DNA of 58,939 nucleotides, taken from assembly GCA_964476045.1 (NCBI GenBank), contig CAYYYJ010000002.1, forward strand, positions 1-58,939, given 5' to 3'. Below are positions 26,965 through 34,470 of this stretch, piece by piece (the stretch's first letter is position 1; the number at the start of each line of letters is the position of its first letter). The notes under the pieces were generated by a model. That model did no database searches and was not told the origin of the DNA. It saw nothing but the letters and a program-made list of their open reading frames with translations. The DNA is from an uncultured archaeon (GTDB taxonomy: Archaea > Aenigmatarchaeota > Aenigmatarchaeia > QMZP01 > JACQNV01). The position numbers and the translations under genes were made by a program.

Positions 26965-28452
26965 ATGGAAAAAGTTGATACAATATTAGTGACAGGTGTA
27001 TTGGGTTCGGGTAAAACAACAACAATTAATAGGCTAATTAGTGATTTGGATTCTAGGGGAAAAAGACTATACGGGCTTGTTAATGATATAGGGGCTTTGA
27101 ATGTCGATGCAGAAAGGATAATGCTTCCAGAAGACAGGATTGCAGGATATTCAAGCGGTTGTGTCTGTTGCGAACGCCGTGAAGACCTGCAAAAATCTTT
27201 AGCCTCTTTAGACCAAACAAATGTTGATATGCTTTTGGTTGAACCAAGCGGGGCAGCAAACCCAATTGACATTGTTGAGACGTTGATAGATGATGAAAGG
27301 ATAAACTTGAAACATGTAGTGACACTTATTCCTGTGAGACATTTTGATTCTGTAAGATCTAAAAGTTCCTTCCTTGGAGGCTTAAGTACAGCTAGTGTTG
27401 TCGGGTACACTTGGCCTACAGATCCAGAAGAGCGAAGAAAAGTTGATTCTTTTTTATCAGATCAGGGTGTGACACAGCAAAGGATTGTGGTAGATGAAAA
27501 TTTTGGATATGATTCATTGGAGAATTTGGTGGGTTGGTCAATTGAAGGATTTATTGGAGAAGAGCATGACCATCATCATGGGCATGAGCATTACAAGACA
27601 GTTATTAGGACAATAAACCCTGCGGCTAGCAGAGAAGAAGTTATTGCGGTTTTGGAAAGATTGGCAAATCACGGGATTTCTAGGGCAAAGGGTTTTGTGC
27701 CTCACTTGCATATTTCATTTGATATAGTTGGAAACAGTTTAGCAATATCCGATGGTAGGGGCAGAGGCTCTATGGCATATGCTGTTCTTATTGATGAAGG
27801 CGAACTTCCAGTTGATTTGATAGAACCTATAACAGCCCCCAGGGAAGGCGCTTTTTTTGCCGATAACGCAACTCCGCAATCAAGATTGGCAACTTTCCAT
27901 TATTATTATAGTAGATCTGCTGGTACAAGACCTGATGCTGGCGGCATTGTCCAATCCAATTTTGAAGCCCCAGACGAAGCATACATTGCAGCAAAACAAA
28001 TAGCGCTTCAAGATCGTGACACAAATCCTTTGAGGCTTGCTCTGGCCCCCTATATTGATATAAGGTTAGGGGGACTGAGGGCTTTACAAAAAAGCGCCCA
28101 ACAAAATAAAAATTATGTTGGAGTAATGTTAGGGTCTTTTGCGATACAAATGCTTGGAGAATGGGACAAAATACCATTTCAAAGCCTTGCTGATTCAAGG
28201 CAATTGGAAAAAATAAAAAAAGAAGCGGTTCCCCAATTTTTTGACTATTTGAAAGCTTTCGGTGACAAAGATATGGAACCAATAAGGGGGAAAGACGGTG
28301 ATCCTTACAGCTGCTATTTTGTAAAAATGGCAAGGCAAGCTAGTCAATATGCCAAACCTGAAGATGTGCAAACGGCTGCACGTAATATGACAGGCGTTTA
28401 TAGGAGAAATGGGAAAGAGGAAATAGTAAATATGTGGAGGCAACTAACATGA
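26965..28452 (+). CDS. COG0523-family G3E GTPase (metal chaperone-like) with long C-terminal extension
   Basis: GVLGSGKTT P-loop, GCVCCE (CxCC), His-rich EEHDHHHGHEH; about 250 extra C-terminal residues of unknown fold. Confidence 0.85.
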   Translation: MEKVDTILVTGVLGSGKTTTINRLISDLDSRGKRLYGLVNDIGALNVDAERIMLPEDRIAGYSSGCVCCERREDLQKSLASLDQTNVDMLLVEPSGAANPIDIVETLIDDERINLKHVVTLIPVRHFDSVRSKSSFLGGLSTASVVGYTWPTDPEERRKVDSFLSDQGVTQQRIVVDENFGYDSLENLVGWSIEGFIGEEHDHHHGHEHYKTVIRTINPAASREEVIAVLERLANHGISRAKGFVPHLHISFDIVGNSLAISDGRGRGSMAYAVLIDEGELPVDLIEPITAPREGAFFADNATPQSRLATFHYYYSRSAGTRPDAGGIVQSNFEAPDEAYIAAKQIALQDRDTNPLRLALAPYIDIRLGGLRALQKSAQQNKNYVGVMLGSFAIQMLGEWDKIPFQSLADSRQLEKIKKEAVPQFFDYLKAFGDKDMEPIRGKDGDPYSCYFVKMARQASQYAKPEDVQTAARNMTGVYRRNGKEEIVNMWRQLT

Positions 28453-29327
28453 ACTATAAGGCAATTGTTGTTGTGACAGGCGTGGGTTTGGGAGAAGCTA
28501 AGATGATTTTCAAACAACCTGACCCTGCCGACCTAGTAGAACTTAAAGGAAAGATGTGTAAAATGAACTCGCCTGCAGGCGCTTCTGTAGAATTAAATAA
28601 AGCCGGTTATTTGGTTTATATGCTTGGGGATTGCCTCGATTGCATGGAAACTGTTGGAAAAAACTTCATGAAAAGCGAATACTATTATGAAAAAGTGGAT
28701 CTGCTCAACAAAGAGGAGGTAAATAAAGTTTGCCAGGAAATAGCTGAACTTAAACAAAAAACTAATTTGAATGTTCATCTTGTCCATTATGGGGGAATGT
28801 CAGGAGTAGCATCTAAAGTTAAACTACCAAAAGAAACTGTTGCTTTAGATCCTTGGGAGATACCGCCAAATTCAGTTGGGCCTTTCGTTGAAGCAAATAG
28901 CGGATCGCTTCTCAGTATTCTACAGGCAATGAAAGAAATTTTCAGAAAACAGAAAAAATCTAAGATTGTAATCATTTCCGCAATCAGTGCTATAAGGACT
29001 AAAAGATTGCATACCTTAGATGCTCTTCAAAAATCCGCAATCCACGCTATGGCAAGAAGCATGGCATTGGATCTTACGAAAGAAGGAATATATATTACAG
29101 AGATAATGCCCGGCATCACTGATACAGGATTCTACGATAATCCAACAACGTTTGAGGCTATGAAATTGGCATCAGAAGAACTTGGATATAAGTATACAGA
29201 AGAAACATTCCCTGTTTTCAAATCTCAAAGGGTGGGACAGGCTGTAGTTTTTGCAATAGATATAGATGCGCATGTAAGAGAAATTTCCTTGATGCCTTAT
29301 GGACAATATCCGCATTTGGGGGCTTAA
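28449..29327 (+). CDS. divergent short-chain dehydrogenase/reductase-like protein
   Basis: VVVTGVGLGEA Rossmann motif; ATGA overlap with the upstream stop; the expected YxxxK reads DALQK. Confidence 0.55.
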   Translation: MNYKAIVVVTGVGLGEAKMIFKQPDPADLVELKGKMCKMNSPAGASVELNKAGYLVYMLGDCLDCMETVGKNFMKSEYYYEKVDLLNKEEVNKVCQEIAELKQKTNLNVHLVHYGGMSGVASKVKLPKETVALDPWEIPPNSVGPFVEANSGSLLSILQAMKEIFRKQKKSKIVIISAISAIRTKRLHTLDALQKSAIHAMARSMALDLTKEGIYITEIMPGITDTGFYDNPTTFEAMKLASEELGYKYTEETFPVFKSQRVGQAVVFAIDIDAHVREISLMPYGQYPHLGA

Positions 29328-29442
29328 TTTATTCTAAAGCTTACAACTTGAAATGCGCTTAATAATTTCAAGAGTAAAACTTTTGGGAGCTAGAAACCAT
29401 AAAAGCCGCTTCGCTTTCGCTCAGTTGGCACGTCATGAAATA

Positions 29443-30948
29443 CTATAAATTTTCAAGGAGCTTCATCAGATTTCTTTTTGGAGCATGCTTTTCTTTGATA
29501 GCAGCTATTATTTTCTGCCATTTTCCCGGGGAAATGTCCTTTATTTTCTCCAAATATGCGACAGCTGTCCTGTAATTTTCGTTTCCCATCATACGTATAT
29601 AATCCTCTGCTAAACTGAGGTATATATTTAATGCTTTATCAGCTGACACCCTTTCGGCTATCTTATTTTTCATATCTTCTGACAAACTCTTCAGTGAATA
29701 CGCTCTGCTAACATCCCCCCTTTCCAAGTATAGGCTAGCCAAAATATTTGGGCTTTTTCCATTCTTCAAATAATCAATAAGCTTTTCCCTTTCAGCTTCC
29801 CAGATATTCAGCTTTTCTGAAATTCCCCTTATTTCTTCTATGTTCCATGGGGAATGTTTAAATAGTTTCCAAGCTGTCTGAAGAGCCAATTCCAAGTCCC
29901 CTTTCTTTTTATAAAGTTCTAGAAGCTCCATATCCAACTCCCCTGATTTGGCATATTTTATTGCCTCCTCTAGTTCGCCTTTCTCAGAGAGTTTATCAAC
30001 AAGGCACTCTGTCATGTTGAAGTTTTTGCAGGTTTCAATATACTCTTTTTCTTGGCCAAGCTTTTCTACAATAAAAAGTAAAAGGGAAGCCAAGGCTTCT
30101 TTTTCCCAGCCTTCGTAACTTTTTATTTTTTCAAAAACCAGCGACTTTGTTTTTAATAACATTTTATCATTTAAACCGGACATCGGCTTCTCTATGCTTT
30201 CTTCTATTCCATAATTAGCAGCCTCTGTATACAGATCCAGCAGGTTTTCAATATCTTGCTCTGTCATCTTCTTTGCAACTTTTGAAAGGGAATCCCCTAT
30301 ACTTATAACAACATCCCCGAATTCACCATTGTCGTCAATATTGTTTATATTTTCAACGCATTTTTCTAAAAAATAAATAAGGATTTGTATAGATTCTGCA
30401 TGGAAGCCTTTATCTATAATACCATCTATTTCGTTTCTTATATCTTCAATGTTTTCAACGAATTGCGGGATGGTATTATAATCAATAAAATCAAGATCAA
30501 ATGAACTGCTAATAATGCGCATGTATTCTTTTACATCGACTGATTTATTTGCCTTCAGGGCAGTTTCTGTTTTTAGTTTTCTTAGCAGTCTCTCATTTTC
30601 CATTGAGTTTTCCAAAATAATCTCTATCAGCTTTTCTTTTTTGAATGCCTTCAGATAGGATTTTATGTCTTCTGTCCTTATTTCTTCTGTTTTGGGAGAA
30701 TTTAAATAAGCTAAAAGAGCAGCAACTATATGCTTGCAGAAGCCTTCATATGGGCAGGAACACTTCTGGCCAGATTCAGATACTTCAACAGAATACAGGG
30801 CAGAACCTCTAACCTTGGCTTTCAGTTTGTTGTCTATAAGCATCAAATTTAAAACCTTGTTATCGAAAAAGTATTTTTCTCCCCTGTAATATATTCTTTC
30901 CCCCGAAATTTCCTTTATTTTCTTGGCTGTTAGATTTTGAATGTCCAT
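29443..30948 (-). CDS. SWIM zinc-finger protein with helical-repeat C-terminal region
   Basis: CSCPYEGFCKHIVAALLAY = CxC...CxH SWIM signature; 501 aa. Confidence 0.7.
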   Translation of the reverse strand: MDIQNLTAKKIKEISGERIYYRGEKYFFDNKVLNLMLIDNKLKAKVRGSALYSVEVSESGQKCSCPYEGFCKHIVAALLAYLNSPKTEEIRTEDIKSYLKAFKKEKLIEIILENSMENERLLRKLKTETALKANKSVDVKEYMRIISSSFDLDFIDYNTIPQFVENIEDIRNEIDGIIDKGFHAESIQILIYFLEKCVENINNIDDNGEFGDVVISIGDSLSKVAKKMTEQDIENLLDLYTEAANYGIEESIEKPMSGLNDKMLLKTKSLVFEKIKSYEGWEKEALASLLLFIVEKLGQEKEYIETCKNFNMTECLVDKLSEKGELEEAIKYAKSGELDMELLELYKKKGDLELALQTAWKLFKHSPWNIEEIRGISEKLNIWEAEREKLIDYLKNGKSPNILASLYLERGDVSRAYSLKSLSEDMKNKIAERVSADKALNIYLSLAEDYIRMMGNENYRTAVAYLEKIKDISPGKWQKIIAAIKEKHAPKRNLMKLLENL

Positions 30949-30969
30949 ATTATATATTTTGTTTAACTG

Positions 30970-31275
30970 CTAAAATCTTTGCGGGACACCTAATTTCTTA
31001 CAACATTCACATTCTTCGAAAACCCTTTTTGTCGGCTTGCAGAATGTCGTCCCTTTTTTAATGAGGTCTGAAAATTCTTTGTGTGTCATTTCAGAAATTC
31101 CTTTTTCTTTTAGATTTTTGGCAATGGTTTGTATATTTTTCCAATGCGTTTTCCCGTAGTCTGGTTCTTGATCTATTACTCCACAGTTTGCACAAAAATT
31201 TCCGAAAAACCAGTTTGCCAAGTGTTCTACTTTAGCTGGCTTTTTGATTTTTGATTCTGAAAGATTTTTAATCAT
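30970..31275 (-). CDS. hypothetical Cys-containing protein
   Basis: 101 aa, CANCG and CECC pairs. Confidence 0.4.
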   Translation of the reverse strand: MIKNLSESKIKKPAKVEHLANWFFGNFCANCGVIDQEPDYGKTHWKNIQTIAKNLKEKGISEMTHKEFSDLIKKGTTFCKPTKRVFEECECCKKLGVPQRF

Positions 31276-31289
31276 ACAAGAAAAGCGAG

Positions 31290-31691
31290 TTACAGAAGCT
31301 TTAGAAATTTGTCTGGCGTCAAATTTTTTATCCCTTGAAACTCTTTCATGTCTGTAAGATCAGGATCGCCGATAACAATATAATTAGCACCTCCATCAAC
31401 AGCTGTTTCAATTATCTTGTTATCTGTTGGGTCTCTTACAACATTAAGCGTGCTGACCTTTTGTACAATGTGGTAATCATTGAAAATGGTTTCTATAAGC
31501 TTTGAAAGCTGGTCTTGAGGAAAGCCAAATTTGTTTATCAGTTTTGTCAAAAATTCTTCCAGAATTTCTTTTGAAGTGATTAAAGCATATTCTCCATTTA
31601 ATCCTCTATTAATCACTTCGTGTGGTTTGCCTCTCCAGAAAACTGAAGAGATTAGGACGTTTGTATCTGGGACAATTCTGATCTCTGGCAT
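31290..31691 (-). CDS. PIN-domain toxin (paralogue of 24825..25241)
   Basis: IVPDTNVLISSVFWRGKPH...KFLKLL. Confidence 0.8.
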   Translation of the reverse strand: MPEIRIVPDTNVLISSVFWRGKPHEVINRGLNGEYALITSKEILEEFLTKLINKFGFPQDQLSKLIETIFNDYHIVQKVSTLNVVRDPTDNKIIETAVDGGANYIVIGDPDLTDMKEFQGIKNLTPDKFLKLL

Positions 31692-31692
31692 T

Positions 31693-32001
31693 TCAATCCC
31701 CTTCTAAAACATCTTTTTCTGTTATCCCTTTTTTCTTTGCAAACTTTACGCCGAAATCCACTATTTTTTCAAATTCTTTTACAGAAGGCAGTTCCATCTT
31801 CTTGAAAATTATTGTGTCTCCACTACCATAGACTGCGAATTTTGTGCCTTCTACTATTTTCATTTTTTCCCTGATCCCCTGCGGAATAACAACCTGCCCT
31901 TTTGGAGAAGTTGTTGTCATTTCTACTTGGCTCATAACTTGGTTGGAAGCTGATTCATAGTTGGAAATTCGGTCTTTCGCCCAGCTTCGGTCTTTCACCA
32001 C
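31693..32001 (-). CDS. AbrB/SpoVT-family antitoxin (start uncertain: GTG 32001 or ATG 31920)
   Basis: TTTSPKGQVVIPQGIREKMKIVEGTKF. Confidence 0.75.
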   Translation of the reverse strand: MVKDRSWAKDRISNYESASNQVMSQVEMTTTSPKGQVVIPQGIREKMKIVEGTKFAVYGSGDTIIFKKMELPSVKEFEKIVDFGVKFAKKKGITEKDVLEGD

Positions 32002-32255
32002 CTCATATGTTAGTACAATAGTTTTACTTTCTTACTTTATAAAGGTTTGTATAACAGTTTTCTGTCCAAAAAATTAAGAAACAGCTTCTTGTTTTCTTTT
32101 GCAGTATTCCAGTCTTTTACTTTTTCAGCTTCCCTTTCGTACTTCTCTTTCAAGTTATAGTTTACAAACAGGATAAAAGTGATAAGGATGAAGCTGTTCA
32201 ATTTGCTGAAGTCTGTGGAAAGTGAAATATAAACAAAGCCGCCAAATAATCATAG

Positions 32256-32849
32256 ATGCCTGAAAAGATTAAAGCTGAAGGATTGAGAATAGAAAAACTG
32301 GAACCGAGACATAAAGAGCTGTTGAATTCTTTTCAAACTTCAAACAAGGAGCTGAAAGATTTTCTTGTTGAAGATGCATTCAAAAATCAAGAATTGGCAA
32401 TTTCAACAACTTATGTCTGGTTTTACGCAAAAACAAATGAGCTGGTTGCTTATATAACCTTGCTGACAGATTCTCTCAGAATAAGGGAAACAGAATTAGA
32501 AAAGGCATTTGTAGATAAGGGAATTTTGTATAAAAGTTTGCCTGCACTCAAAATAGGAAGACTTTGTGTGGACAACCTATTTATAGGAAGGGGCATAGGA
32601 ACCCAGACAACTTATTTTGTGATGGATGTGCTTTTGACAATCACAGATTATGCTGGCTGTAGGTTTGTAGTTCTCGATGCAAAACCAGAAGCAGTGGAGT
32701 TTTACAAGAAACTCGGATTTCAAATACTGAAACAAGCAGATAAAGAAACTGTCCCAATGTATTATGATATGAGGGCCGGTATTGACCTTTACAGAAAAGG
32801 TGAGCTTAAGCTATCTGAATATTTTTTGAAAACTTTTCGAGCTCTCTAG
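32256..32849 (+). CDS. GNAT-family N-acetyltransferase
   Basis: RLCVDNLFIGRGIGTQ acetyl-CoA binding motif; FYKKLGF. Confidence 0.8.
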   Translation: MPEKIKAEGLRIEKLEPRHKELLNSFQTSNKELKDFLVEDAFKNQELAISTTYVWFYAKTNELVAYITLLTDSLRIRETELEKAFVDKGILYKSLPALKIGRLCVDNLFIGRGIGTQTTYFVMDVLLTITDYAGCRFVVLDAKPEAVEFYKKLGFQILKQADKETVPMYYDMRAGIDLYRKGELKLSEYFLKTFRAL

Positions 32850-32964
32850 CTAATTCTCTATCCTTTTCTGTCGGAGCTGAATTGTTCTTTTTAATCATGT
32901 TCTCCAAAAATCTTCTCGCATCTTCACCAGTAATTTCTGGTGTTGGTTCAATTGGCTTTGCCAT
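32806..32964 (-). CDS. small convergent ORF (52 aa), unverified
   Basis: MAKPIEPTPEITGEDARRFLENMIKKNNSAPTEKDRELARELEKFSKNIQIA; overlaps the GNAT 3' end. Confidence 0.25.
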   Translation of the reverse strand: MAKPIEPTPEITGEDARRFLENMIKKNNSAPTEKDRELARELEKFSKNIQIA

Positions 32965-33061
32965 ATGATATTTAATTTATTTAACAGTTTATAAGCTTTC
33001 AGGAGCGTGTTTTTCAATGCTTTCCCCTTCTTATACATTTCCATCAAAAAACTCTGAAAGC

Positions 33062-33145
33062 CGTAGACCGAAGACTTTGTAGGGAACTGCTTATTCCTGT
33101 TCTATTGGTTAGGTCATGTGTCCTGAGTTCTGGGTCTTGAAGACC
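33062..33145 (+). repeat. repeat Y (matches 25565..25643), lies in the trailer of tRNA-Lys
   Basis: CCGAAGACTTTGTAGGGAACTGCTTATTCCTGTTCTATTGGTTAGGTCATGTGTCCTGAGTTCTGGGTCTTGAA. Confidence 0.75.
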
Positions 33146-33193
33146 GTAGACTGAAGACTCAGGACTTCGGAGAGAACTGCATTTGGTATGAAG

Positions 33194-33510
33194 CGGGCCC
33201 GGTGGGATTTTCAGTCTTGAGTCCTGAGTTTTGAGTATTGTTATTGACCCAACTGTATTTGTATTGTAGTTTTCTTGGATACGGTAGCCTTCTTCTAAAA
33301 GAAGGCTAGCATTTGAACCCACGACCTTCCAGGTTTTCGCTTTTCAGCAAATCACTATCCGGTATCTTCTATCAGCCGAGTTGCACATTTTCTATCATCG
33401 CAGATTTCTGTCTGCTAAATATGCTTTTAACGACATCGTTTTGAAATAAGCAATGCCTATATCAAACAATATTAAAAGCCGGGTGCTCTACCAGGCTGAG
33501 CTACGAGCCC
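33194..33510 (-). tRNA. tRNA-Lys(UUU) with two introns: anticodon-loop (33335..33472, ~138 nt) and T-loop (33207..33310, ~104 nt)
   Basis: Exons GGGCTCG-TA-GCTC..GAGC-A-CCCGG-CTTTTA / A-CCTGG-AAGGTC-GTGGG-TTCAAAT / CCCAC-CGGGCCC-G. Acceptor and T stems pair only when all three pieces are joined; one C-U mismatch in the anticodon stem. Confidence 0.65.
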
Positions 33511-33570
33511 TTTAATTTGAGATTATTGTCTCTGAGTTTATTTAAATAGTAGAAATCAATTAAACAAGAT

Positions 33571-33744
33571 GCCCAGGTTGTGTAGCGGCCTAGCATAGAG
33601 CCCTGTCATGTAAGCTTTTGTCACAAAAGCTTAAGCAAAAAAGGAGCCTAAAATTCTTTCGCTTCGGCTCAGAATTTTTACGGCTTCCACGGAAAAGGCT
33701 TATACGGATCGGCTCTGACCCGGGTTCAAATCCCGGCCTGGGCG
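33571..33744 (+). tRNA. tRNA-Asp(GUC) with ~101-nt intron (33609..33709)
   Basis: GCCCAGG...GAGCC-CTGTCA[intron]C-GGCTC-TGAC-CCGGG-TTCAAAT-CCCGG-CCTGGGC-G. Confidence 0.85.
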
Positions 33745-33778
33745 CCTGTTTTTTAAAATTAACCCTCTTTGAGTAAAT

Positions 33779-34078
33779 CTACTCCCCAAAAATAGCGCCA
33801 AAGCCTGCTTGGGCAGATTCGTCCTGCTTTTGTATAATTTCTAGAATTTTATCTTTGTCGTTTCCTGTAAGCTCTTTCGTTAAATCTTTTAGAAGTTTTT
33901 TTGCTTCTTCCACAGCTTCTTCTGAGCAGTCCATCTCCAGATAGTAGCCTGTCTCTTTCAACCCAAGAGAACCAGCCTCCCTGAAATTGATTGACTGCCT
34001 TGCCAACAGGTCGTTTTTTAGAACAATATCACTGGCCTTCTGGTACTTGTCTTTTTCGAGATAAAATAATAGTTTCAT
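33779..34078 (-). CDS. hypothetical protein with ribosomal-stalk-like C-terminal tail
   Basis: 99 aa ending QDESAQAGFGAIFGE, resembling the archaeal P1/aL12 C-terminal ...AGLGALFG peptide. Confidence 0.45.
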   Translation of the reverse strand: MKLLFYLEKDKYQKASDIVLKNDLLARQSINFREAGSLGLKETGYYLEMDCSEEAVEEAKKLLKDLTKELTGNDKDKILEIIQKQDESAQAGFGAIFGE

Positions 34079-34081
34079 GAT

Positions 34082-34468
34082 TCAGTTCCCCTCTAATATT
34101 CTAACTTTAGCCGTACCTAATAATCTGACAGCATTTGAAGTCAGGCTATCAATAGTTGCTGTGTCGTATCCTTTTTTCCTAAGATGGTCTCTCAGATCAA
34201 CTGACTTGCCGTCACTTCTTTTAAATTCTAATTTTTCATAAATGCCATCTGATCCTATATCAATGCCTATTAATGTAAAGTCTTGTTCCGTGTGCCTGAG
34301 CTCAACTATTGTTTTATCTTTATAGACTTCAACAACAGCTCTGTTACCTTCTATATCACCTGTATAAATTGCTGGTGTATTGTATTTGTTGTATGAAAAC
34401 CAAGCTGCGTCTAAAAGTAATCCCGCTACTGTTACTTTTCTCCATCCAACATTAATTTTATATCTCAT
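34082..34468 (-). CDS. hypothetical protein
   Basis: 128 aa ORF packed between neighbouring genes. Confidence 0.45.
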   Translation of the reverse strand: MRYKINVGWRKVTVAGLLLDAAWFSYNKYNTPAIYTGDIEGNRAVVEVYKDKTIVELRHTEQDFTLIGIDIGSDGIYEKLEFKRSDGKSVDLRDHLRKKGYDTATIDSLTSNAVRLLGTAKVRILEGN

Positions 34469-34470
34469 GG

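Noticed and set aside
32002-32255. An upstream RHH/DUF1778-type antitoxin for the GNAT at 32256 (TacAT-like module)
   Set aside because: No plus-strand ORF with a start codon exists in the 254-nt gap. Only a TTG-initiated 53-aa minus-strand hydrophobic ORF is possible. The GNAT is therefore annotated as a generic acetyltransferase.
26342-33193. Calling the repeat-bracketed segment an intact integrative element or provirus
   Set aside because: No integrase, replication or structural genes are present. Part of the repeat (33062-33145) would lie inside the putative element. It is reported only as a possible degraded island or segmental duplication.
33044-33322. 92-aa ORF on the minus strand
   Set aside because: It overlaps the tRNA-Lys 3' exon, T-loop intron and trailer repeats. 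The sequence is repeat-derived, not coding.
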